Source: an uncultured Gemmatimonadota bacterium (GTDB taxonomy: Bacteria > JAAXHH01). Taken from it: a stretch of DNA of 64,000 bases. Below are positions 37,665 to 47,595 of the stretch, in pieces (the stretch's first letter is position 1; each line of letters starts with the position of its first letter). The notes beneath the pieces are model-generated. The model searched no databases and was not told the origin of the DNA. It was given only the letters and a program-made list of their open reading frames with translations. The position numbers and the translations under genes were made by a program. The stretch spans positions 3,328,001 to 3,392,000 of the forward strand of contig OX638340.1 of the NCBI GenBank assembly GCA_951812955.1, written 5' to 3'.

Positions 37665-37726
37665 CTGTCCTTGTCATGGCCTTGTATGCTGTTCGTCACA
37701 GAATCGTCAAACAACCTCTTTATAAT
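37665..37726 (+). promoter_or_regulatory. Candidate Pho box: four TGTCA-like half-sites phased exactly 11 bp apart, ending 9 bp upstream of a perfect TATAAT -10
   Basis: TGTCA at 37672, TGTAT at 37683, CGTCA at 37694, CGTCA at 37705 (plus CTGTCC at 37665). TATAAT at 37721-37726. There is no -35 hexamer, as expected for PhoB-activated promoters. Confidence 0.5.
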
Positions 37727-37816
37727 GCCCGTGTCAATCATGTCTATCATACCAGACTCTCGCATAAAACACGCCTGCAATCGGGTTCATAGAACACAAA
37801 CAGAGGGAGATGCCGC

Positions 37817-40759
37817 ATGACGAATGTCTACCTGTTCTGCAATAACCGGATCTCGAAAACCGGGCCGGGCCGTGTGGCCAGGTCGATGCTCGTCGCAGTG
37901 ATCGCCGTCGCGGTCCTGGTGGGCGCGGCCGCGGAGGCCGGCGCACAGCAGTCCGTGGGCCGCATATCCGGAACGATAGTCGACGCGGAGACCGGCGATT
38001 CCCTGATCGGCGCGACGGTGATGGTGGTGGGACTCGAACTTGGCGCGATGGCCGATCTTGAAGGCGCCTTTCTCATCCGAAACGTCCCCGCCGGCCGGCA
38101 CACCATCCTGGTATCCATGATCGGGTACGGGCAGAAGCGGGTCACCGAGATCCAGGTCGACCCCGGACAGGTGAGTCGAATAGACATCGCCGTCGAGCAG
38201 GAACTTCTCGTGGCGGACGTGGTTGAGGTGACGGCCCGGGCCCTGGAAAACACGGAAGCGGCGCTTCTGAAGCGCCGTCAAAACGCCCTTTCCATCAGTG
38301 ACGCCATCAGCGCGGAGGATATCTCGCGGGGCGCACAGGGCGACGTGGCCGCGGCCATGACCCGCGTCACCGGCGCGTCGGTGGTGGACGGCAAGTACGT
38401 CTACATTCGAGGTCTGGGCGAACGGTACAGCACCGCGCAGTTGAACGGCACGACCTTGCCGAGTACCGATCCCAACAGCCAGTCGGTGCAGATGGATATC
38501 TTCGCGACGAACCTGCTGGACAACATCACCACGGAGAAGTCCTTTACGCCGGACAAACCGGGCAACTTCACCGGCGGCAGCGTCAACGTCAAGACCAAGT
38601 CGCTTCCCGAGTCCTTCACCATGTCTTTCTCCACGTCCACGAAATACAACTCCCAGTCTTCCTTCAAGGACATGTTGAGTTACGACGGCGGTGAATACGA
38701 TTTCCTGGGCTTCGACGACGGCACCCGGGATATACCCCTGCCCCTTCAGAATCCCGAGTTGGATATACCCAGCATTACCAGTGCGTTCCGGGACCCGGAA
38801 GCCGCCCAGTTGCTGGATCTCTATTCCAAGTCGTTCGCAGATAAGTCGATGACGCCGACCACAATAAAAGGCGGACTCGGTCAGAGCTACTCATTTTCGA
38901 TGGGAAACCAGACGACGGTTTTCGACCGCCCGTTCGGGATGTTGGGAAGCGTGAGTTACAATCGAAACATTTCGGCGTACGAGAACGGCGTTTCCGGTAT
39001 ATGGAAACGCGTGTCCAGGGAATCCGAGGGGCTGAACAGAGAGCGGTTCGCCACGGACATGAGCGGTTCCGAGGAGGTGCTCTGGGGCGGACTGTTAAAC
39101 GCCACCTACCAACCGAGCATCACGCACGAAATCGGCGCCAACGTGCTATACAATCGCAGCGGTGAGAAGCTGTCCAGGTTTCAAACCGGCGCCTGGCCTT
39201 CCTCCCTGCCCGGCGACAACGTTCGGTACGAGACCCGCGTGCTGTCCTTCATCGAGCGTGAAATGCGTTCCCTGCAGTTCCGCGGCAAACATGTCCTTCC
39301 GTCCGTATCCAACATGGAAATCGAGTGGACCGGCGCTTTCATCAGGTCTACGCAGGACGAACCGGACCTGCGCTACTTCACCAACGAGTTCCGGACGGTC
39401 GACGCGGCCGGCGAAGGAACTCCGGAAGTGGACAGCTATACAATCGCGCTCTCGAACTACGCGGCACCGACGCGATACTTCAGGAATCTGGAAGAATCGA
39501 ACAGGGACTTCAGGCTGGACCTGACGCTGCCTTTCTCCCAGTGGTCCGGACAAACCGCCCGCCTCAAGGTAGGCGGCGCATACCTGGACAAGGACCACAC
39601 CTTCCGCGAGAGACGCTTTTCCTTCTTCCAGGACGACTTGCAGTACAGGAACGATCCATCAGTCTTCTTTTCCTCCGATCGCACCGGGATACTGCCGGCC
39701 GAGCTCCAAACCACCCCCGGCTTTACCCGGTTCGGGAATTTCGTGTCCGAGGATTCCAAACTCAGAAACAATTACGACGGTGATCAGCAAATCGGCGCCG
39801 GTTACCTGATGCTGGACCTGCCGCTCAGCAGGCAACTCAAGGTCGTTGGCGGCGTCCGCTACGAGTCCACCCTGCTGGACGTGGTCAGCCACGACGATTT
39901 GCTTTCGCCAGGCAGCATGGACGAGAAGGACTGGCTACCGTCGATGAACGTGGTGTACCAGGTCGTGGACGACATGAATGTACGAGGCGCTTTCAGCCGT
40001 ACCCTGGCCAGACCTTCGTTCCGCGAACTTGCGCCGTTCGCTTCCTTCCTCTTCGTCGGCGACTACACTTTCGTCGGCAACAGCGAGTTGAAGCGAACCC
40101 TTATCGAGAATTACGATCTCCGCTGGGAGTGGTTTTCACGGCCCGGCGAGATATACGCCCTCAGCTATTTTTACAAGAAGTTCGAAAACCCGATCGAGCG
40201 CGTGATTGTAACCACGAACGGCGAAATCCAGTTTCAGAATGTCGACAATGCATATGTTACGGGCGTGGAAATGGAATTCCGGAAGCAGCTCGACCAGGTC
40301 CATCCGTTTTTGAGCAACTTCCAGATCGGCGGAAATCTCTCCCTGGTCAGGTCCCAGGTGGATATCGCGCAGTCGGAACTCGCCATTATTCGAGCTCTCG
40401 ATCCAACCGCCGGGGACTCCCGAAAATTGCAGGGCCAGTCACCCTACGTGGTAAATATCGATGCCATGTACGACAACCTCGATACCGGGACCCTGGTCAG
40501 CGTTCATTACAACGTGTTCGGCGAAAGACTTGCCGAGGTCAGCACGGGCGGAACGCCGAACGCCTTCGAGCAGCCCGCGGGCATGCTCGATTTCACGGGC
40601 TCGCAGCGGCTCGGAGACCGGGTGACGCTGAAGTTTTCGGCCAAGAACCTCCTCGATCCCGACATCAAGAAAGTCCATCCCTTCAACAACGCGGAGTTCA
40701 TCCGCAGCCTCTACAAGCGGGGAAGAACGTTTACCCTGGGTCTCTCATACGGGATATAG
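37817..40759 (+). CDS. TonB-dependent outer membrane receptor (SusC/RagA-like) with N-terminal carboxypeptidase-regulatory-like domain
   Basis: Signal peptide, then a CarbopepD_reg-like beta-sandwich (GRISGTIVDAETGDSLIGATVMVVG...AGRHTILVSMIGY). Plug region (ISDAISAEDISRG...TRVTGAS...YIRGLGERYS). 980 aa total, consistent with a 22-strand barrel. Confidence 0.85.
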   Translation: MTNVYLFCNNRISKTGPGRVARSMLVAVIAVAVLVGAAAEAGAQQSVGRISGTIVDAETGDSLIGATVMVVGLELGAMADLEGAFLIRNVPAGRHTILVSMIGYGQKRVTEIQVDPGQVSRIDIAVEQELLVADVVEVTARALENTEAALLKRRQNALSISDAISAEDISRGAQGDVAAAMTRVTGASVVDGKYVYIRGLGERYSTAQLNGTTLPSTDPNSQSVQMDIFATNLLDNITTEKSFTPDKPGNFTGGSVNVKTKSLPESFTMSFSTSTKYNSQSSFKDMLSYDGGEYDFLGFDDGTRDIPLPLQNPELDIPSITSAFRDPEAAQLLDLYSKSFADKSMTPTTIKGGLGQSYSFSMGNQTTVFDRPFGMLGSVSYNRNISAYENGVSGIWKRVSRESEGLNRERFATDMSGSEEVLWGGLLNATYQPSITHEIGANVLYNRSGEKLSRFQTGAWPSSLPGDNVRYETRVLSFIEREMRSLQFRGKHVLPSVSNMEIEWTGAFIRSTQDEPDLRYFTNEFRTVDAAGEGTPEVDSYTIALSNYAAPTRYFRNLEESNRDFRLDLTLPFSQWSGQTARLKVGGAYLDKDHTFRERRFSFFQDDLQYRNDPSVFFSSDRTGILPAELQTTPGFTRFGNFVSEDSKLRNNYDGDQQIGAGYLMLDLPLSRQLKVVGGVRYESTLLDVVSHDDLLSPGSMDEKDWLPSMNVVYQVVDDMNVRGAFSRTLARPSFRELAPFASFLFVGDYTFVGNSELKRTLIENYDLRWEWFSRPGEIYALSYFYKKFENPIERVIVTTNGEIQFQNVDNAYVTGVEMEFRKQLDQVHPFLSNFQIGGNLSLVRSQVDIAQSELAIIRALDPTAGDSRKLQGQSPYVVNIDAMYDNLDTGTLVSVHYNVFGERLAEVSTGGTPNAFEQPAGMLDFTGSQRLGDRVTLKFSAKNLLDPDIKKVHPFNNAEFIRSLYKRGRTFTLGLSYGI

Positions 40760-40831
40760 CGCAGAATGACGACTTGCGGGGACGCTCGACCTTTTCAATC
40801 TCAACTGCCAGCTCAATTAAGGAGGAGTAGT

Positions 40832-43800
40832 ATGTTTCGGCGGAATGCCATCGCTGCAATTTTGGTATCGTTGTTTTTACCAGTCCTCGCAGAAGCACAA
40901 TCCAACCCGGTCGTTTCAGTCACAGACTCGGACATCGTGGGTAACGTGACCTTCACGTCGAACAACACGTACCTGCTCTCGGGCCTGGTGTTCGTGGAGG
41001 ATGGCGAGACGCTTACGATCGAACCCGGCACGGTGATCAAGGCGCGTCCGGCGGACGCCGACGGTGTGGTCTCGGCATTGATTGTAGCGCGCGGCGGGAA
41101 GATCTTTGCTGACGGTACGGCGATGGATCCCATCATCTTCACGGCCGAGGCCGACAATGTGGACGATCCGGACGACATCCTGCTCACCTCGGAAGCGGCC
41201 TCGCGGGGGTTGTGGGGCGGCGTGATCATCCTGGGCAGGGCATCGATCAACGCGGCCACGGGCATGAACAACATAGAAGGCATAGACACGACTGAGCCGC
41301 GGGGCATCTACGGCGGCGGCTCGTTCCCCGACGATAACGACAACTCGGGCGTGTTTCGCTACGTGTCGATCCGCCACGGCGGCGCGCGGATCGGAGCGGA
41401 CAACGAGATCAATGGGCTGACGATGGGCGGCGTGGGGCGTGGCACGACGATAGAGCACGTGGAGGTGTTCTACAACCAGGACGACGGGTTCGAGTGGTTC
41501 GGGGGCACGGTGAATACGCGTTACCTGGTGGCGGCCTTTGCCGGCGACGACAGCTTCGACTACGACGAGGGCTTCCGCGGTGAGCACCAGTTCTGGTTCT
41601 CTATCCAGGATCCGGCCGTAGGCGACCACGCCGGCGAGCACGACGGCGGCACCAAGCCGGAGGATGGCAGGCCGTACGCCAGTCCCACGATCCTGAACGC
41701 CACGTACATTGGGCGGGGCGCTTCCTCGATGGGGGGCAAGGCGAATAACGCCCTGATCTTCCGCGACAACGCGGGGGGCATGTATTTCAACAGCATCTTC
41801 ACCGAGTTCCAGGGCCGGATGCTGTCGATCGAGGACCTCGAGGGCAATGCGGGCACGGACAGCCGCGCGCGTCTTGAGGCCGGCGACCTTGCGTTCCAAA
41901 ACAACATCCTGGGTGCCTTCGGCGCGGGCAACACGCCATCGCAACTCGCCGCCGAGTCCGAGGATCACACGGCCATGGTGCTTTCAGATCCCGGGAACAT
42001 GATCCGAATCGTAGATCCACAATTGCAGGGCATCAACTGGAACCGCAACCGGGGGCTGGACCCACGACCCGGTACCAACAGTCCTGCCTGGGATGCGAGC
42101 CAGCTCAAGGAAGAACCCCGGAACACCGGGTTCTTTACGGACGTCGATTACGCAGGGGCATTCGGTACGGAAAACTGGGCGGCGGACTGGTCGGCCCTCG
42201 CGGACCTGGGCTATTTCAGCACCGCACCTCCACCCGAGCCGCCGGAGCCCGGGGTTGTTACTGTCACAGACTCGGACATCGTGGGTAACGTGACCTTCAC
42301 GTCGAACAACACGTACCTGCTCTCGGGCCTGGTGTTCGTGGAGGATGGCGAGACGCTTACGATCGAACCCGGCACGGTGATCAAGGCGCGTCCGGCGGAC
42401 GCCGACGGCGTGGTCTCGGCATTGATTGTAGCGCGCGGCGGGAAGATCTTTGCCGACGGTACGGCGATGGATCCCATCATCTTCACGGCCGAGGCCGACA
42501 ATGTGGACGATCCGGACGACATCCTGCTCACCTCGGAAGCGGCCTCGCGGGGGTTGTGGGGCGGCGTGATCATCCTGGGCAGGGCATCGATCAACGCGGC
42601 CACGGGCATGAACAACATAGAAGGCATAGACACGACTGAGCCGCGGGGCATCTACGGCGGCGGCTCGTTCCCCGACGATAACGACAACTCGGGCGTGTTT
42701 CGCTACGTGTCGATCCGCCACGGCGGCGCGCGGATCGGAGCGGACAACGAGATCAATGGGCTGACGATGGGCGGCGTGGGGCGTGGCACGACGATAGAGC
42801 ACGTGGAGGTGTTCTACAACCAGGACGACGGGTTCGAGTGGTTCGGGGGCACGGTGAATACGCGTTACCTGGTGGCGGCCTTTGCCGGCGACGACAGCTT
42901 CGACTACGACGAGGGCTTCCGCGGTGAGCACCAGTTCTGGTTCTCTATCCAGGATCCGGCCGTAGGCGACCACGCCGGCGAGCACGACGGCGGCACCAAG
43001 CCGGAGGATGGCAGGCCGTACGCCAGTCCCACGATCCTGAACGCCACGTACATTGGGCGGGGCGCTTCCTCGATGGGGGGCAAGGCGAATAACGCCCTGA
43101 TCTTCCGCGACAACGCGGGGGGCATGTATTTCAACAGCATCTTCACCGAGTTCCAGGGCCGGATGCTGTCGATCGAGGACCTCGAGGGCAATGCGGGCAC
43201 GGACAGCCGCGCGCGTCTTGAGGCCGGCGACCTTGCGTTCCAAAACAACATCCTGGGTGCCTTCGGCGCGGGCAACACGCCATCGCAACTCGCCGCCGAG
43301 TCCGAGGATCACACGGCCATGGTGCTTTCAGATCCCGGGAACATGATCCGAATCGTAGATCCACAATTGCAGGGCATCAACTGGAACCGCAACCGGGGGC
43401 TGGACCCACGACCCGGTACCAACAGTCCTGCCTGGGATGCGAGCCAGCTCAAGGAAGAACCCCGGAACACCGGGTTCTTTACGGACGTCGATTACGCAGG
43501 GGCATTCGGTACGGAAAACTGGGCGGCGGACTGGTCGGCCCTCGCGGACCTGGGCTATTTCAGCACCGCACCTCCACCCGAGCCGCCGGAGCCCGGGGAA
43601 CCGGAAGAAGAAGCGCCGGACGCGTTCAGCCTGTCGCAGAACAGTCCGAACCCCTTCGGCATGACCACGAATATAGAGTACGCAGTATCTTCGACGAGCC
43701 ACATACTGATCGAGGTGTACAACATTCGGGGCCAGCGGGTAGCCATGGTCGTTAACGATATCAGGCTTCCGGGGCAGTACTCGGAGATATGGGACGCTCA

Positions 43801-43897
43801 GCACCTTTCAAGCGGCGTATATTTCTACCGCTTCGAGGCTACGGCGGATGGGCGGACCGCCCACGTTTTTAACAGGAAGATGACGCTTCTGAAGTGA
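40832..43897 (+). CDS. Large secreted cell-surface protein with two near-identical 448-aa repeats (beta-helix-like) and a C-terminal T9SS type A sorting domain
   Basis: AAGGAGG RBS and a signal peptide (MFRRNAIAAILVSLFLPVLAEAQ). The repeat body is rich in GxxGG/DDGFEWFGG/GDDSFDYDEGF beta-solenoid-like motifs. The C-terminus (SPNPFGMTTNIEY...GVYFYRFEATADG...KMTLLK) is a por secretion CTD. Probably co-transcribed with the upstream TonB receptor (72-bp gap). Confidence 0.75.
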   Translation: MFRRNAIAAILVSLFLPVLAEAQSNPVVSVTDSDIVGNVTFTSNNTYLLSGLVFVEDGETLTIEPGTVIKARPADADGVVSALIVARGGKIFADGTAMDPIIFTAEADNVDDPDDILLTSEAASRGLWGGVIILGRASINAATGMNNIEGIDTTEPRGIYGGGSFPDDNDNSGVFRYVSIRHGGARIGADNEINGLTMGGVGRGTTIEHVEVFYNQDDGFEWFGGTVNTRYLVAAFAGDDSFDYDEGFRGEHQFWFSIQDPAVGDHAGEHDGGTKPEDGRPYASPTILNATYIGRGASSMGGKANNALIFRDNAGGMYFNSIFTEFQGRMLSIEDLEGNAGTDSRARLEAGDLAFQNNILGAFGAGNTPSQLAAESEDHTAMVLSDPGNMIRIVDPQLQGINWNRNRGLDPRPGTNSPAWDASQLKEEPRNTGFFTDVDYAGAFGTENWAADWSALADLGYFSTAPPPEPPEPGVVTVTDSDIVGNVTFTSNNTYLLSGLVFVEDGETLTIEPGTVIKARPADADGVVSALIVARGGKIFADGTAMDPIIFTAEADNVDDPDDILLTSEAASRGLWGGVIILGRASINAATGMNNIEGIDTTEPRGIYGGGSFPDDNDNSGVFRYVSIRHGGARIGADNEINGLTMGGVGRGTTIEHVEVFYNQDDGFEWFGGTVNTRYLVAAFAGDDSFDYDEGFRGEHQFWFSIQDPAVGDHAGEHDGGTKPEDGRPYASPTILNATYIGRGASSMGGKANNALIFRDNAGGMYFNSIFTEFQGRMLSIEDLEGNAGTDSRARLEAGDLAFQNNILGAFGAGNTPSQLAAESEDHTAMVLSDPGNMIRIVDPQLQGINWNRNRGLDPRPGTNSPAWDASQLKEEPRNTGFFTDVDYAGAFGTENWAADWSALADLGYFSTAPPPEPPEPGEPEEEAPDAFSLSQNSPNPFGMTTNIEYAVSSTSHILIEVYNIRGQRVAMVVNDIRLPGQYSEIWDAQHLSSGVYFYRFEATADGRTAHVFNRKMTLLK
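40919..43606 (+). repeat. Intragenic tandem duplication, 2 x 1344 bp, near 100% identical (a few SNPs)
   Basis: Identical text from gtcacagactcggacatcgtgggtaacgtgacc at 40919 and again at 42263; both copies end at ...gagccgccggagcccgggg. The antisense ORF-track entries are duplicated accordingly (for example the 124-aa and 73-aa ORFs recur exactly 1344 bp apart). Confidence 0.95.
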
Positions 43898-44099
43898 TCC
43901 TGAAGCCGGCATAGTGGGCCGCAACCGGTATACTTCACCGATGCGGACCGTTCAGAGAGTCGATTGGGGCCTCGCGTATGTACTTATGCGGGGCCCTGTT
44001 GTTTTATACGGCGTTCCGCCGGGGTTGACGCGGTACGGGGCCACATCTATTTTTAACACGTTGCCCCCATTGTATCAATCCACTATCCAGGACTATCGG

Positions 44100-45230
44100 A
44101 TGACTGATCGCGCCCGGGGACGCCGGATTGACCGGCGCCGTCTGCTGGACTTACTGTTCGGTCGCCTGGCCGCACTGGGCGGTATTGCGCTGATACTGAC
44201 CATACTGGCGGTCTTTGCCGTGATACTGTGGGTCATTTACCCCTTGTTCCTGTCGCCCGCGGAATACCGCTGGGATACCCCCGGTCCCGATGGAATCGAG
44301 TCCGGATACGGCATCCTGCCCCTGATCTTCGGGACCCTGAAAGGCGCGGTGTACACCCTGCTTTTTGCGGTGCCCGTTTCGGTGCTCGCCGCGCTCTACG
44401 CGTCGCAGTTTCTGCCACGGTCGCTGAAGGAAAACCTGAAACCGCTGGTGGAAATCATGGCCGCGGTGCCGAGCGTCGTGCTCGGATTTATCGGCGGCAT
44501 ATGGCTCGCACCGTTCCTGGCGTCCCACGTTTTCGCACTCTTCCTCGCGCCGGTATTTATCGCAGGCACCGTTTTGACCGCTTTTCTGGTCAGACACCAT
44601 GCCCCGGTCCGGTTTCTGGTATTTAATCATCCGGGCAGGGAATTCTGGCTGCTCCTGGCCGCCGTGTTGGCCGGGGGATGGCTGGCCCTGGAATGCGGGG
44701 CGTTGCTTGAGGCCGCCTATCTGCATGCGGGCTACGAAACGTGGCTTGAAGAATCCCTGGGACTGACCTACGAGGAACGAAACGCGATTGTCGTGGGTAT
44801 GGTCATGGGGCTGGCGGTGACCCCGATCATATTCACCATATCCGAGGAAGCGCTTTCCGCTGTGCCCCGTTCGTTTTCTGAAGGATCCATGTCGCTGGGG
44901 GCCTCACGCTGGCAGACCGCCATACGCATCGTCCTTCCCGCCGCGGGCGCCGGGATCCTGTCCGCCGTCCTGCTGGGATTCAGCAGGGCGATCGGGGAGA
45001 CCATGATCGTGCTGTTTGTTTCGGGCAATGTCCCGGCCATGGACTGGTCCGCTTTCTCCGGGTTCAGGGCGCTGTCCGCCAACGTAGCGCTCGAATTGCC
45101 GAACGCTGCGCGGGACGACAGCCTCTACCGGGTCCTGTTTTTCGCCGCCTTTCTCCTCCTCGTTTCGACTTTTGCGATTAACATCGTGGCCGAACTGGTT
45201 CGACGACGACTGAGACGGCGGTATGCCTAA
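44100..45230 (+). CDS. pstC: Phosphate ABC transporter permease PstC (long form)
   Basis: 6+ TM helices and an EAA-like loop (GASRWQTAIRIVLPAA). Order pstC-pstA-pstB-phoU. Start taken at MTDRARG; the ORF track extends to 43914. Confidence 0.8.
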   Translation: MTDRARGRRIDRRRLLDLLFGRLAALGGIALILTILAVFAVILWVIYPLFLSPAEYRWDTPGPDGIESGYGILPLIFGTLKGAVYTLLFAVPVSVLAALYASQFLPRSLKENLKPLVEIMAAVPSVVLGFIGGIWLAPFLASHVFALFLAPVFIAGTVLTAFLVRHHAPVRFLVFNHPGREFWLLLAAVLAGGWLALECGALLEAAYLHAGYETWLEESLGLTYEERNAIVVGMVMGLAVTPIIFTISEEALSAVPRSFSEGSMSLGASRWQTAIRIVLPAAGAGILSAVLLGFSRAIGETMIVLFVSGNVPAMDWSAFSGFRALSANVALELPNAARDDSLYRVLFFAAFLLLVSTFAINIVAELVRRRLRRRYA

Positions 45231-45265
45231 GCGCCGGGCGGTCCGCCCGCACGCAAGGAGATACG

Positions 45266-46693
45266 ATGGGTTCGAAGTGGTCAAAGGATGACGCCTTGAT
45301 CTGGTTGTCCGGGGGGGGTCTGGTCCTCGGCTGCCTGATGGTGGCGGGACTGTTCCTGGTGATCGTCGTACATGGACTGGACCGGTTCTGGCCCCAGGAC
45401 CTGACACGGTACACGCTGCACGACGGCGGGGTTGTCCTGGGCCACGAGGCGTCCCGTGAGGACGTACTTACAACCAACGCCAGGGGTGAGCGTTCTGTGG
45501 CATACCGTTTGAGGATCCGGACCGGTGACCGGGACCGGTATCCGGACGACTACGTCTGGCTGGAGGAAGGCCGCGTCACTTGGCGGGATGTCCCACGCGA
45601 GGCCGTGGTGGTGGAACAGGTTCGGGGCGGGGACTTATTCGGATTCCTGGATTCCTTCGTGGACGATGGCACGGTCGTCGCCCTGGGTTACGATGACGTC
45701 TGGGCACTTTACCAGGAGGGGTACCCGGAACTGGAACGGCTGCGCCGGCAGAGGTCGCTTTCTATCGTCCTGTCTTCGGCGGATGGCCGGCCGAGCACCA
45801 TTTCACTTGCTGACGTCCAGCGGATCTATACGCCAAATGCGATGACGGCGTGGACAAGGATCCGCCACTATATGGCCAGTGCGTGGTCCTACCTGTGGGC
45901 GCCCCCGCGGGACGAAAACCGCCAGGGCGGGGTCTTTCCTGCTGTCTTCGGCACGGCGGCGATGGTCATCCTCATGTCGGTCGTTGTCATGCCCTTCGGC
46001 GTGCTCGCGGCCTTCTACCTGAGAGAATACGGAAAACCGGGTCCGTTCCTGAACGCGGTACGTATCGCCGTAAACAGCCTGGCCGGAGTGCCGTCCATCG
46101 TCTTCGGGGTTTTCGGGCTCGGTTTCTTCGTGTATTTTGTGGGAGGCATCCTGGACCGTCAGTTCTTCCCGGAGGCACTTCCGGGACCGACATTCGGCCG
46201 GGGCGGCATCCTCTGGTGCTCACTGACCCTGGCCTTGCTCACATTGCCCGTGGTCATCGTGGCCGTGGAGGAAGGCCTGGCCGCCGTGCCATCGGGACTC
46301 CGCGAAGCGTCCCATGCCCTGGGTGCGACGCGGTTCGAGACGCTTTGGCGCGTCGTCGTACCCGTGGTGCTGCCATCCATTCTCACGGGTCTGATCCTGT
46401 CCGTGGCGCGGGCGGCCGGTACCGTGGCGCCGCTCATGATCGCCGGGGTCGTCGCCTTTTCTGCCGATTTGCCCGTGGACGGCGAATGGCCGTTCGTGCA
46501 CCTGGATCGCGAGTTCATGCACCTGGGATTTCATATCTTCGACACCGGTTTCAGGCCCGGCGAAGGAGATGCGGCGCTATCCATGGCCTACACTTCCACC
46601 CTGTTGCTGCTGGCCATCGTGGTCGCACTGAACGCGGCGGCGATCGGGCTCAGAAGCCGGTTGAGGAGACACTATTCGCTGGCCGCGCCATAG
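45266..46693 (+). CDS. pstA: Phosphate ABC transporter permease PstA (long form)
   Basis: EAA loop ([15 protein letters not shown]); position between pstC and pstB. Confidence 0.8.
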   Translation: MGSKWSKDDALIWLSGGGLVLGCLMVAGLFLVIVVHGLDRFWPQDLTRYTLHDGGVVLGHEASREDVLTTNARGERSVAYRLRIRTGDRDRYPDDYVWLEEGRVTWRDVPREAVVVEQVRGGDLFGFLDSFVDDGTVVALGYDDVWALYQEGYPELERLRRQRSLSIVLSSADGRPSTISLADVQRIYTPNAMTAWTRIRHYMASAWSYLWAPPRDENRQGGVFPAVFGTAAMVILMSVVVMPFGVLAAFYLREYGKPGPFLNAVRIAVNSLAGVPSIVFGVFGLGFFVYFVGGILDRQFFPEALPGPTFGRGGILWCSLTLALLTLPVVIVAVEEGLAAVPSGLREASHALGATRFETLWRVVVPVVLPSILTGLILSVARAAGTVAPLMIAGVVAFSADLPVDGEWPFVHLDREFMHLGFHIFDTGFRPGEGDAALSMAYTSTLLLLAIVVALNAAAIGLRSRLRRHYSLAAP

Positions 46694-46766
46694 GCGTACC
46701 CGGTCCGCGTACGATCCCGATCCGCGGCATACGAGATCCCGGTCCGCTTACAAGAGGTATAATCGC

Positions 46767-47564
46767 ATGACGATGGAAAATGCGCCGTTCACGCCGAAGA
46801 TCATGCGCGAAGAAACAATCATCGATGTCGAGAACGTGTCCTTCTGGTACGGGGACAGGGCCGCGCTGAGGAACGTTTCCATGGCGATCGATCGCCATGT
46901 CATCACGGCCTTCATCGGACCGTCAGGCTGCGGCAAGACGACATTGCTGCGGCTGTTCAACCGCATGAACGACCTGGTTCCCCAGACCCGCATGACGGGA
47001 TCGATCCGGATGAACGGAGCAGACATCTACGGCCCGGATACCGACGTCACGCGTCTGCGCCGGCGCGTGGGCATGGTCTTCCAGCAACCGAATCCCTTTC
47101 CCAAGTCGATCTATGAGAACGTAGCCTATGGCCCCCGAATCCATGGGGTGAAGTCCGGGGAATTTCTCGACGAGATCGTGGAACGGTGCCTGCGAAGGAC
47201 GGTGCTGTGGGACGAGGTTCAGGATCGGCTCGAAGAAAGCGCGCTCAAACTCTCCGCCGGACAACAGCAACGGCTTTGTATCGCGCGGGCGGTCGCCGTC
47301 GAACCGGAAGTCCTGCTCATGGACGAGCCGTGCTCGTCACTGGACCCGGTCGCCACGTCCAGGATCGAGGAATTAATGCTTGATCTGAAGGATGATTACA
47401 CCATTGTTATCGTGACACACAATATGCAGCAGGCAGCGCGTGTGTCGGAATACACCGGGTTCATGCTCAAGGGCGAACTGGTGGAAATGGGTGTGACCGA
47501 CGTGATGTTCACCACGCCGGGGGACCGGCGCACGGAGGATTACATTACGGGTCGTGCGGGATAG
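46767..47564 (+). CDS. pstB: Phosphate ABC transporter ATP-binding protein
   Basis: Walker [10 protein letters not shown], signature LSAGQQQRL, Walker B LLMDEP; about 265 aa as in PstB. Confidence 0.9.
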   Translation: MTMENAPFTPKIMREETIIDVENVSFWYGDRAALRNVSMAIDRHVITAFIGPSGCGKTTLLRLFNRMNDLVPQTRMTGSIRMNGADIYGPDTDVTRLRRRVGMVFQQPNPFPKSIYENVAYGPRIHGVKSGEFLDEIVERCLRRTVLWDEVQDRLEESALKLSAGQQQRLCIARAVAVEPEVLLMDEPCSSLDPVATSRIEELMLDLKDDYTIVIVTHNMQQAARVSEYTGFMLKGELVEMGVTDVMFTTPGDRRTEDYITGRAG

Positions 47565-47595
47565 CGACCCGTGATACTGACCGAATAAGGCGACC

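Noticed and set aside
40916-43312. Duplicated antisense ORFs (350 aa and 442 aa, plus identical 124-aa and 73-aa ORFs 1344 bp apart) inside the T9SS protein gene
   Set aside because: They are mirror images of the tandem duplication on the non-coding strand. They were useful only as confirmation of the repeat.
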